Assembly: GCA_963845535.1 (NCBI GenBank)
Contig: CAWJSK010000019.1
Location: forward strand, 96,001 to 160,000
Direction: 5' to 3'
Length of the DNA: 64,000 nucleotides
Source: an uncultured Spirochaetota bacterium
Lineage (GTDB): Bacteria; Spirochaetota; Spirochaetia; SZUA-6; Fen-1364
Made by a program: the position numbers and the translations under genes. Of the stretch, positions 19,936-28,725 are shown piece after piece. Positions within the stretch are counted from its first letter, which is position 1; each line of letters opens with the position of its first letter. The notes beneath the pieces are model-generated. The model searched no databases and was not told where the DNA came from. It worked only from the letters and a program-made list of their open reading frames with translations.

Positions 19936-21141
19936 ATGTGGAAAGTCCTGATTGCTGATGACGAGCCCAAGATCCGACGAGGCCTTCGCGCCACCATCGA
20001 GCAGATCCGCCCCGACATGCAGGTGGTGGCGGAAGCCGAGGACGGTGAAACAGCCCTTGCCCTGGTGCAGAAGGAAAAGCCCGACATCCTCATGATCGAT
20101 GTTCGCATGCCGTTCCTGAACGGCCTTGACCTGATCCAGAAGATCAACGAAGTCTGGCGGGACTGCGTCATCATCGTCGTGTCCGGCCACGACGAGTTCG
20201 AGTATGCGCAGCGGGCCCTCACGCTCCGTGTGTTCGAATACGTGCTGAAACCCGTGCCGCAGGACGTGCTTGCCTCCGTCCTCGACCGCGCGGAGGAGGA
20301 GCTCAGCGCCGTTCGCCGGCGTAACCACTACCTGAGCTGGGCGCATGAGCAGCTTGAGCGCAACATGCCCGTCCTTCGCGAGCAGCTCTTTCGGGACTGG
20401 GTGCGCGGTCGGCTCTCTCCGTCCGAGATCACGGAGCAGGCGGCGTTTCTGGGCATTCCCACCGGGGGGTATCAGGTGATCGCTCTCATCCACGTCATGG
20501 AAAGGATGGCCGCCGCGGATCTGCCGCAGGAGAAAGACAGGCGGATCGAGCTGTTCGCCGTGCGCCGAATTGTGGAGGAGGCGTTCAAGGATTTCCCTCC
20601 CGTCTCGGTGTTCCTCGACGAACAGGATGACGTGGTGGCCTTGACGGGATCACGCGCCAGCCCTGCCTGGGCGCATGCTTTGCAGACCGTGGAGTCGCGC
20701 GCCGCCGGCTCAATCGCGCATTCGATCCTGATCGCGCATGGCTCCATCGCTGAGGGAGCAGAGGGCATCGCGGAGACCTATGAAAGCCTCAGCGCGGAGG
20801 TGGCCAGAAGAAGCGGGCATCGCTCCTTCGTTCTGCTTGCGCAGAACTATGTCGATGCAAACTACGGGAAGCCTGGGCTCACCCTTGAGGAGGTGGCCGG
20901 GGCAGTACAGGTGAGCCCGGGCTATCTGAGCCGGCTCTTGAAGAGGGAGACGGGCTTTTCCTTCGTGGATTACCTCACGCGGGTTCGAATCAACAGGGCG
21001 ATGAGCCTCATGGGTGATCCCGCGGTCAAGGTGTACGAGGTTGCCGAGGCCGTGGGGTACCAGAGCCAGCACTATTTCAGCCGCGCGTTCAAGCGCGTCT
21101 TCGGCCGCTCCCCCGTGGAGTACCGGAAGAGAGGCGCATAA
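19936..21141 (+). CDS. YesN-like response regulator (REC plus AraC HTH)
   Basis: IADDE...DVRMP receiver; YLSRLLKRETG and VGYQSQHYFSRAFK AraC HTH. Confidence 0.93.
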   Translation: MWKVLIADDEPKIRRGLRATIEQIRPDMQVVAEAEDGETALALVQKEKPDILMIDVRMPFLNGLDLIQKINEVWRDCVIIVVSGHDEFEYAQRALTLRVFEYVLKPVPQDVLASVLDRAEEELSAVRRRNHYLSWAHEQLERNMPVLREQLFRDWVRGRLSPSEITEQAAFLGIPTGGYQVIALIHVMERMAAADLPQEKDRRIELFAVRRIVEEAFKDFPPVSVFLDEQDDVVALTGSRASPAWAHALQTVESRAAGSIAHSILIAHGSIAEGAEGIAETYESLSAEVARRSGHRSFVLLAQNYVDANYGKPGLTLEEVAGAVQVSPGYLSRLLKRETGFSFVDYLTRVRINRAMSLMGDPAVKVYEVAEAVGYQSQHYFSRAFKRVFGRSPVEYRKRGA

Positions 21142-21142
21142 C

Positions 21143-23005
21143 ATGCACAGGTCATACGCCGCGGGGATTTTCTGCGCGCTCCTGCTTGTCTCTTTGTCCG
21201 CGTGCAGCAAGGACGGCGCCACGGACCAGGCCTACCAGTTCGTGATTGGCGTGTCCCTCGCGAACCTGACCGAGCCGTGGCGGATCAACATGTCTGAGGA
21301 GATCAAGAGCGAGGCGTCTCACTACCCGAACCTCCGCGTGGTGTTCAGCGACGCCGCTGATTCGAACAGCAGGCAGATCCAGGACGTGAAGAAGCTCCTG
21401 GACTGCGGCATAGACCTTCTCATCATCTCTCCCAACGACGCAGAGGCGTTGACCCCTGTCATCGCCCAGGCCTACCGCCGCATTCCGGTCATCCTCCTGG
21501 ACCGCTCGGTGATCGGATATGACTACACGCTGTACATTGGCCCCGACAACAGGCTCATCGGCAAACAGGTGGGCCAGTACGTCGCGGAGCTCCTGGGAAG
21601 CAAGGGGGGCAGAGTCGTTGAGATCCAGGGCAGGTCTGGCTCGCCCCCTACCATTGACCGGACGCTCGGTTTCCGGGAAGCCATCGAGAAGGCCGGCAAC
21701 ATCTCGATTGTCGGCACCATCGTTGCCGACTGGCTGCGCGACAAGGCGGAGGATGAGCTTGCCGCGTGGCTGAAGAAGAACGGGAAGGTGGACGTCATCC
21801 TGGCGCAGAACGACGCAATGGCCTTCGGAGCGTACCGCGCTGCCGCCAGGCTGGGAATCCACGGCATGCGCTTTGTTGGCATCGATGGCCTGCCCGGGCC
21901 CCGCGGCGGGATCGATCTCGTGAAGAGCGGCGTGCTCTCCGCCACCATCACGTGCCCCACGGGCGGCAAGGAGGCTGTCATCTATGCCATGGACATCCTC
22001 CACCATGAGGACGGCATCCCGAAGAAGATGATCCTCAGGACCACCCTGGTAAACGCGAAGACGATCGAGAGCGGCGCGCTTGATCTTCCTTCGCATCCAC
22101 GCCCGCTGGTCACCGACCGGCGGATCGTGCTCGGGTTTGCCCAGACCGGAGCGGAAAGCAACTGGCGCCTGGCAAACACGGAGTCCATCAAGACCGCGGC
22201 GCAGCAGGCAGGGATCGATCTCATCTTCGTTGATTCGGAAGGGAATCCGGAAAAGCAGATCGCCGCCGTCAGGTCGTTCATTGCGCGAAAGGTCGATATC
22301 ATTGCCTTTTCCCCGATCGTCGAGTCCGGGTGGGAACCCGTGCTCCGCGAGGCAAAAGCGGCGGGCATTCCGGTATTCCTGTCTGATCGCACCGTCGACG
22401 TGAAGGACGAGTCGCTCTGGACAACCTTCATGGGCTCGGACTTCGTGGAGGAAGGACGACGCGCCGCGCGGTGGCTGGTCAACTACATGAAGACGGATGC
22501 CCCGGTCAACATCGTGGAGTTGCTGGGAACGATCGGCTCTGCCCCTGAAATCGACCGGACATTCGGGTTCAAGGAGATACTCAAAGACCATCCCAACTAC
22601 CGCATCATCGTTTCGGAGAGCGGCGACTTCGTCCGCGCCAACGGCAAGGTGGTCATGCAGCGGATCCTCAAGGATCTCGCCGCGAAAGGCCAGAAGATGG
22701 ATGTTCTCTTTGCGCACAACGACGACATGGCCATCGGGGCAATCGCGGCCATGGAGGCCGCCGGAATCAAGCCCGGCAAGGACGTTGCGATCGTTTCCGT
22801 AGACGGAATCCGAGATGCCTTCACCGCCATGATAGCCGGCAAGCTCAACGCGTCCATCGAATGCAACCCGCTTCTTGGCCCCCAGCTCATGAAGGCCGTG
22901 AAGGATTACATGGCGGGGAAGGATCTTCCCGTACGGCTCATCACCTCGGAGAGCGTCTACCCCGCCGAGGTGGCGCGCACCATCCTCCCCACTCGTAAGT
23001 ATTAG
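21143..23005 (+). CDS. lipoprotein with two tandem type-1 periplasmic sugar-binding domains
   Basis: LSAC lipobox; domain 1 begins IGVSLANLTEPWR; domain 2 begins LGFAQTGAESNWR (YtfQ-like). Confidence 0.88.
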   Translation: MHRSYAAGIFCALLLVSLSACSKDGATDQAYQFVIGVSLANLTEPWRINMSEEIKSEASHYPNLRVVFSDAADSNSRQIQDVKKLLDCGIDLLIISPNDAEALTPVIAQAYRRIPVILLDRSVIGYDYTLYIGPDNRLIGKQVGQYVAELLGSKGGRVVEIQGRSGSPPTIDRTLGFREAIEKAGNISIVGTIVADWLRDKAEDELAAWLKKNGKVDVILAQNDAMAFGAYRAAARLGIHGMRFVGIDGLPGPRGGIDLVKSGVLSATITCPTGGKEAVIYAMDILHHEDGIPKKMILRTTLVNAKTIESGALDLPSHPRPLVTDRRIVLGFAQTGAESNWRLANTESIKTAAQQAGIDLIFVDSEGNPEKQIAAVRSFIARKVDIIAFSPIVESGWEPVLREAKAAGIPVFLSDRTVDVKDESLWTTFMGSDFVEEGRRAARWLVNYMKTDAPVNIVELLGTIGSAPEIDRTFGFKEILKDHPNYRIIVSESGDFVRANGKVVMQRILKDLAAKGQKMDVLFAHNDDMAIGAIAAMEAAGIKPGKDVAIVSVDGIRDAFTAMIAGKLNASIECNPLLGPQLMKAVKDYMAGKDLPVRLITSESVYPAEVARTILPTRKY

Positions 23006-23165
23006 TCCTCCCGCGGCCGCTCACCTCCGGCCGCCTTCGCGCAGCCTTCGGTCGCGCTATGCCGAAAAGTGCACAAAATAGCTGAAGCGTCTAAATACCC
23101 CGGCCCATAAGTATGCTAAAAACACAGATGGCTCAACTCGCTGCGGTGAGCAAAGGAGTAAAATC

Positions 23166-23804
23166 ATGCGACAGATCCTTCGAGGGGCTATGGTGCTGCT
23201 TCTCCTGATCGCGGTGGCCGGGTCGGGGGCCGCCCAAGCAAAGGCAGGTACCCTGAAGGTCGTGGGGTTGTACTCCGAGACCAGTGACGGCTCCGTGAGC
23301 TACAGGGTCGGCTCCCGCGCGTGGGTTGTCGTCAAAGTAGGGGACACCATTCCCGCCAACGCCGAGATCCTCGTCAATGTGGACAGGGACTGGGTCGAGG
23401 TCACGCCGGCCAACAATCCGAACGCAGTGTATGAGATTCACGGGCCGGACTCGGGGCAGATCATCAAGAAAGTAGCCGAAATCCTGCGGGGCAAGCCAAG
23501 GCTCGTCAGTTTCCCGAAGGCCAGAGGGGCGATGCCCGACCCGAGGTACAAGAACAAATTGGTGGTCACGCAGTACCTGGGCCGACAGGTGTACCTTGCG
23601 AACCCGGATGCTGACGAAAACGACATAAAGTACGGCGATGTATTGGATATCCAGGGAAAAGTGAGGATCATCGCCATCAACAACACCATCAATCTCATGA
23701 ACGCCGAAGGAAAAGTGACTACCGTCATCGGTCCGCTGAACTTCGATGTCGAACAGGTGCTCACGAACAAGCAATTGTACAAGTATCTGAATGTCCCGAA
23801 ATGA
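23166..23804 (+). CDS. hypothetical secreted beta-rich protein, weakly FecR-like
   Basis: AAGGAG RBS; signal peptide; GSVSY...W...GDTI pattern, loosely repeated. Confidence 0.75.
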   Translation: MRQILRGAMVLLLLIAVAGSGAAQAKAGTLKVVGLYSETSDGSVSYRVGSRAWVVVKVGDTIPANAEILVNVDRDWVEVTPANNPNAVYEIHGPDSGQIIKKVAEILRGKPRLVSFPKARGAMPDPRYKNKLVVTQYLGRQVYLANPDADENDIKYGDVLDIQGKVRIIAINNTINLMNAEGKVTTVIGPLNFDVEQVLTNKQLYKYLNVPK

Positions 23805-23948
23805 TCGAGCTGAAGGAGGTCGAAGGCAGGAAAGAGGTTCACGTGCGTCCGTTCCGGGATTCGGGAAGTGAGTTCCAAGGGTTTTCTTCATCCTCGTAAT
23901 GAAGAAAAGAGTGGCACACAAGGCAAGAGTTGTTTCCAAGGAGGTCTT

Positions 23949-24923
23949 ATGAAGCGCTGGGGAAAAATCCTGGCTATCGTGGCCGTGGCCATGATGGTCG
24001 TCTCCGTGTCCGCGATTGCCGCGCCCAAGACATGGGTCGTCGGCTTCTCGCAGATCGGTTCTGAAAGCGAATGGAGAACCGCCGACACCGTTTCCGTCCA
24101 GGATGCGATCACGAATGATCCCACCCTCGTGATGGTGTATTCTGATGCACAGCAGAAACAGGAGAATCAGATCAAGGCGCTGCGCTCATTTATCGCGCGC
24201 AAAGTCAACGTCATCCTCTTCACGGCCCTTGTTGAAACCGGGTACGGACCCGTTCTTCAGGAAGCCCAGAGGGCCCACATTCCCGTCATCATGATCGACC
24301 GGGACGTGGCGAAGGACGACCAGAAATACCGCCTGACCATCATGGGGTCTGATTTCATCAAGGAGGGGGAGAAGGCAGGCCTCTGGCTCGCCAGCTACCT
24401 GAAGGCCAAGGGCATGGATGATGGAACAACGCCGATTGACATCGCAGAGCTCCAGGGGACTACTGGATCCGCTCCCGCAGTTGAAAGAGCGGAAGGCTTC
24501 CGGAACATCTCGAAAGACCATCCCAACTGGCAGATCAAACATTCTCAGGACGGCGATTTCACCTCTTCTCAGGGGAAGCAAGTCATGGAAGCCTTCCTGA
24601 AGGACGACCCGAAGATCCAGGTGCTCTTCGCCCACAATGATCAGATGGCACTCGGCGCCATCCAGGCCATCAAGGAAGCCGGTCTCCAGCCGGGCAAGGA
24701 CATCACCATCATCGGCATGGATGCGGTGAAGGGCATGTTCCAGGCGATCGTCGCCGGCGAAGCGAACGCCACTATTGAATGCAACCCTCTGCTCGGGCCC
24801 CAGGCCGTGCAGGCCATCCATGATCTCAGGGCCGGAAAGAAGCTTCCTGCCCGCATCTGGACGATCGAAAGCCAGTTCGACGCGACGAATGCCGAGGCGG
24901 CACTGCCGACTCGCCAGTACTAG
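23949..24923 (+). CDS. sugar ABC transporter substrate-binding protein (YtfQ-like)
   Basis: VGFSQIGSESEWR, DAQQKQENQI and ECNPLLGPQ motifs; AGGAGG RBS. Confidence 0.92.
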   Translation: MKRWGKILAIVAVAMMVVSVSAIAAPKTWVVGFSQIGSESEWRTADTVSVQDAITNDPTLVMVYSDAQQKQENQIKALRSFIARKVNVILFTALVETGYGPVLQEAQRAHIPVIMIDRDVAKDDQKYRLTIMGSDFIKEGEKAGLWLASYLKAKGMDDGTTPIDIAELQGTTGSAPAVERAEGFRNISKDHPNWQIKHSQDGDFTSSQGKQVMEAFLKDDPKIQVLFAHNDQMALGAIQAIKEAGLQPGKDITIIGMDAVKGMFQAIVAGEANATIECNPLLGPQAVQAIHDLRAGKKLPARIWTIESQFDATNAEAALPTRQY

Positions 24924-24957
24924 TTTTTCGCTCACTCGATGCCTGATTCAGAACGAT

Positions 24958-24993
24958 GCAGGACCACCGCGGAGTCCTCCGCGGTGGTCCTGC
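24958..24993 (+). terminator. strong intercistronic hairpin (stabiliser or attenuator) after the SBP gene
   Basis: GCAGGACCACCGCGGAG-tc-CTCCGCGGTGGTCCTGC, 17-bp perfect arms, no U-tract. Confidence 0.7.
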
Positions 24994-25105
24994 CTTCAGA
25001 TGGGCTTCATGCGCTTCATGCTGCCATCCCCGCTATTCCGCGGCTCGTGGCGGGAGTTGACGAGGTGATGGGTTTTCTTATCATGTCACGAGAGGAGTCG
25101 CGGAG

Positions 25106-26632
25106 ATGACCGAAGAAACGCCTGTCCTTTCCATGAAAAGGATCACCAAAACTTTTCCGGGCGTGAAAGCCCTTTCCGGTGTGGATTTTCGCCTTTTCAA
25201 GGGAGAGGTTCACGCTATCATGGGCCAGAACGGCGCCGGAAAATCCACTTTGGTGAAGGTGCTCACCGGTGTGCATCCGCAGGATTCTGGCGAGATACTG
25301 CTGGAAGGCAAGCCAATTCATCCGGATTCCCCCCTCGCCGCACAGAAACTGGGAATCAACACAGTGTACCAGGAAGTCAACCTCTGCCCGAACCTGACGG
25401 TAGCGGAAAACATTTTTGCAGGCAGGCAGCCCATACGCTTCGGGAGGATTGACTGGAAGGAGATGACTCGCAAGTCCGAAGAAATCCTGAAAGGGTTGAA
25501 CCTCGTCATCGACGTGACGCAGATCCTCTCCTCCTACTCAATCGCAATTCAACAGCTCGTGGCAATTGCCCGGGTCCTGGATATTTCCTCCAAGATTCTG
25601 ATCCTGGATGAACCGACCTCGAGTCTTGATGAATCCGAAGTGGAACAGCTTTTCAAGGTCATTCGGTCCCTGCGGGACGAGGGACTGGCCATCATCTTTA
25701 TCACGCATTTTCTCGACCAGACGTACCAGATTTCAGACCGGATCACGGTATTGAAAAACGGGGAGTTCATCGGGGAGTTCAAGACCGACACGCTCCCGAA
25801 ATTGGATTTGATCGCCAAGATGCTCGGCAAGGAATTGTCAGAGTTCAGCTACGCCGCGGATAGCGATCAAAGGATCCGGGCGTCCGCAATTGCCGGAAAA
25901 GAAGTCAAGAACGTTCTCACCGTGAAGGATCTCGGACTGCGCGGTTCCATAGCGCCCTTCGATCTCAGCCTGAACGAAGGCGAGGTGCTCGGATTGGCCG
26001 GACTCCTGGGTTCAGGAAGGACCGAAATGGCGCGTCTTATTTTCGGCATTGACGGCGCCAACCAGGGTGAAATCCACGTCAAGGGAAAGAAAACGGGCAT
26101 CAAGTCCCCCCAAAACGCAATGATGGCCGGGATCGGCTTCTGCTCGGAAGACAGGAAGAACGAAGGTATCTTCGCGGACCTCACCGTGCGGGAAAACATC
26201 ATCCTGGCCTTGCAGGCAAAGAACGGAATATTCAAATACATTACGACGAGAAAGCAGCTTGAGATCGCTGATGAAATGATCAAGTCACTGGCAATCGTGA
26301 CTCCCAGCGCGAACAACCGGGCCGGCCAGTTGAGCGGAGGCAACCAGCAGAAGGTGATGCTGGCCAGATGGCTTGCCACGAATCCCATTGTCCTGATCCT
26401 GGATGAGCCCACGCGCGGCATCGATGTCGGAGCCAAGCTGGAAATCATGGAATTGATCCTTTCCCTGAGCAGGAAAGGGATGGGGGTCATGTTCATTTCC
26501 TCGGAGTTCGAGGAAGTGGTCAGATGCAGCAGCCGGATTGCCGTTCTGAAGGACAAGGTAAAGATAGCGGAATTGAACGGAGAGGACATGAACGAGACCC
26601 GCATCATGCGGACGATCGCGGGAGGAAACTGA
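25106..26632 (+). CDS. sugar ABC transporter ATP-binding protein (YtfR-like)
   Basis: GQNGAGKS, LSGGNQQK, two LDEPT motifs. Confidence 0.95.
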   Translation: MTEETPVLSMKRITKTFPGVKALSGVDFRLFKGEVHAIMGQNGAGKSTLVKVLTGVHPQDSGEILLEGKPIHPDSPLAAQKLGINTVYQEVNLCPNLTVAENIFAGRQPIRFGRIDWKEMTRKSEEILKGLNLVIDVTQILSSYSIAIQQLVAIARVLDISSKILILDEPTSSLDESEVEQLFKVIRSLRDEGLAIIFITHFLDQTYQISDRITVLKNGEFIGEFKTDTLPKLDLIAKMLGKELSEFSYAADSDQRIRASAIAGKEVKNVLTVKDLGLRGSIAPFDLSLNEGEVLGLAGLLGSGRTEMARLIFGIDGANQGEIHVKGKKTGIKSPQNAMMAGIGFCSEDRKNEGIFADLTVRENIILALQAKNGIFKYITTRKQLEIADEMIKSLAIVTPSANNRAGQLSGGNQQKVMLARWLATNPIVLILDEPTRGIDVGAKLEIMELILSLSRKGMGVMFISSEFEEVVRCSSRIAVLKDKVKIAELNGEDMNETRIMRTIAGGN

Positions 26633-26633
26633 C

Positions 26634-27656
26634 GTGATATCCTGGAGATCTCTTGGCCGCCGCAATATCGTATGGCCCCTTATCGCCCTTGCAGTCCTCT
26701 TGCTTTTCAACCTGTTTTTCACGCCGCATTTCTTTCGCATGGAGATCAAGGAAGGACACCTGTACGGCAACTTGATCGACATCCTGAAAAACGGGGCTCC
26801 CATCATGCTGCTGGCCATCGGCATGACGCTGGTGATCGCCACGCACGGAATCGACATCTCCGTGGGTTCCCTCGTGGCGGTGTCTGCCGGAGCCGTAGCC
26901 ATTCTCATAGGAGGAGATCTGGCCGGCCACCCCAAATACCCCCTCGTGGTGGCCATGCTGGCGGCCCTGGCGGTATGCAGCGCGGCGGGCATGTGGAACG
27001 GGATGCTGGTCTCAAGGATCGGCATGCAGCCCATCATTGCGACGCTGATCCTCTTTGTGGCCGGGCGCGGCATCGCCATGCTGTTCACGAACTCAATGCA
27101 GATCTGGCTGTATGCAAAACCGTTCGCCATCCTGGGGCAGGGCTACGTCGTGGGCCTCCCGTTCGATATCTACATCGTGGCATTCGTTCTGCTCCTGACC
27201 TACGTTTTCACCCGACGGACCGCGGCGGGAATGTTCATCGAGGCGGTGGGAATCAACCCCACGGCGGCCCGTTTCTCCGGAATCAACTCCCGGAACATCA
27301 TCTTCTGGGTGTACACGTTCAGCGGGCTTTGCGCGGGAATTGCCGGGTTGATCGTATGCTCCACCGTCATGAACGCTGACGGCAACAACGCGGGAAAACT
27401 CTTCGAACTGGACGCCATCCTGGCCGTCGTGTTGGGCGGGACCTCCCTCAACGGCGGAAAGTTCTATCTCCTGGGCAGTGTCGTGGGCGCCCTGATCATC
27501 CAGACCCTGACCGTCACCATCTACACGTTCGGCGTCCCCTCCGACGTTGCCCCCGTTGTCAAGGCACTCGTCGTATGGGCTGTCTGCCTTCTGCAGTCCC
27601 CGCGATTCAGGGCGAAGGTTGCGCAGCTCTTTGCGCGGAGGGAGCTGTCCACATGA
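26634..27656 (+). CDS. sugar ABC permease (YtfT-like)
   Basis: GMTLVIATHGIDISVG; ELDAILAVVLGGTSL. Confidence 0.92.
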   Translation: MISWRSLGRRNIVWPLIALAVLLLFNLFFTPHFFRMEIKEGHLYGNLIDILKNGAPIMLLAIGMTLVIATHGIDISVGSLVAVSAGAVAILIGGDLAGHPKYPLVVAMLAALAVCSAAGMWNGMLVSRIGMQPIIATLILFVAGRGIAMLFTNSMQIWLYAKPFAILGQGYVVGLPFDIYIVAFVLLLTYVFTRRTAAGMFIEAVGINPTAARFSGINSRNIIFWVYTFSGLCAGIAGLIVCSTVMNADGNNAGKLFELDAILAVVLGGTSLNGGKFYLLGSVVGALIIQTLTVTIYTFGVPSDVAPVVKALVVWAVCLLQSPRFRAKVAQLFARRELST

Positions 27657-28666
27657 ACAAGAGACTCTTCGCCGGCGTCAGGAATCTTCCCGTCTTGGTA
27701 ACCCTCGGATTGTTCATCATCATGTTCGGCGTGGGCTCCATCGCGTTTCCCGGGTTCTTTGCCGTTCAGAATTTTCTCAACCTGTTTATCGACAACTCAT
27801 TCCTGCTGATCCTTGCGGTGGGCATGACCTTTGTCATCATATCGGGAGGCATTGACCTTTCCGTCGGGTCCGTGCTCGCCCTGTCCGGGATGGTCACGGC
27901 GAGCCTCCTGGAAAAGGTTCACATGAGCCCGTTGTTCGTGATACCGATCGTGCTCCTCATGGGAACGGCCCTGGGCTTCTTCATGGGCTTCCTGATCCAG
28001 ACCTTCGACCTGCCGCCGTTCATCGTCACTCTTGCCGGGTTATACCTGGCGCGAGGCCTGTGCTACGTCGTCAGCCTTTTCACTATCGCTGTCCGAGACC
28101 CTTTCTTCCGTGCCGCGGCGCATGCACAGGTCAATATCATCGGCGATAATTTCCTTTCCCCAGGAGCCCTGATTGCGATCGCGGTGGTCCTGATAGGGTT
28201 TTTCGTGTCGCGCTATACGAAGTTCGGCCGGACCGTCTACGCCATCGGCGGCAGCGAACAGTCCGCCCTGTTGATGGGGCTGCCGGTCGCGAGAACCAAG
28301 ATTGCGACCTATGCCTTGAGCGGCTTCTGTTCGGCGCTGGGCGGGATCGTCTTTACCTTCTACACGCTCTCCGGATACGGATTGAACGGAAGCGGGATGG
28401 AGCTGGACACCATCGCGGCAGTCGTCATTGGCGGAACACTGCTGACGGGAGGCGTGGGGAATATATTCGGAACCGTCCTCGGCGTTCTTGTCTATGGCAT
28501 CATCCAGGTCCTGATAGTCTTTCAGGGGACGCTCAACTCCTGGTGGACCAGGATCGTGATCGGCTTCCTGGTCTTCGTATTCTGCGTGCTGCAGAGGCTG
28601 TTCGAGCGGGGAAAGAACGTGCGGGTTGCATCAGCCCCTGCCGTGAAGGCGCTGAAAGCAGGGTAG
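27653..28666 (+). CDS. sugar ABC permease (YjfF-like)
   Basis: GGIDLSVG, GGSEQSALLMGLPV and SWWTRIVIG motifs; ATGA overlap with the previous gene. Confidence 0.92.
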   Translation: MNKRLFAGVRNLPVLVTLGLFIIMFGVGSIAFPGFFAVQNFLNLFIDNSFLLILAVGMTFVIISGGIDLSVGSVLALSGMVTASLLEKVHMSPLFVIPIVLLMGTALGFFMGFLIQTFDLPPFIVTLAGLYLARGLCYVVSLFTIAVRDPFFRAAAHAQVNIIGDNFLSPGALIAIAVVLIGFFVSRYTKFGRTVYAIGGSEQSALLMGLPVARTKIATYALSGFCSALGGIVFTFYTLSGYGLNGSGMELDTIAAVVIGGTLLTGGVGNIFGTVLGVLVYGIIQVLIVFQGTLNSWWTRIVIGFLVFVFCVLQRLFERGKNVRVASAPAVKALKAG

Positions 28667-28725
28667 GAGACGGCGGCCACTGCCGCGGGCCGCCCGGTCG
28701 GCTACCGCGGTGTCCCCCCGCGGGA

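Noticed and set aside
23065..23100. AraC-type direct repeat upstream of the sugar operon
   Set aside because: The repeat is weak and its spacing does not clearly fit about 21 bp, so the site cannot be defined.
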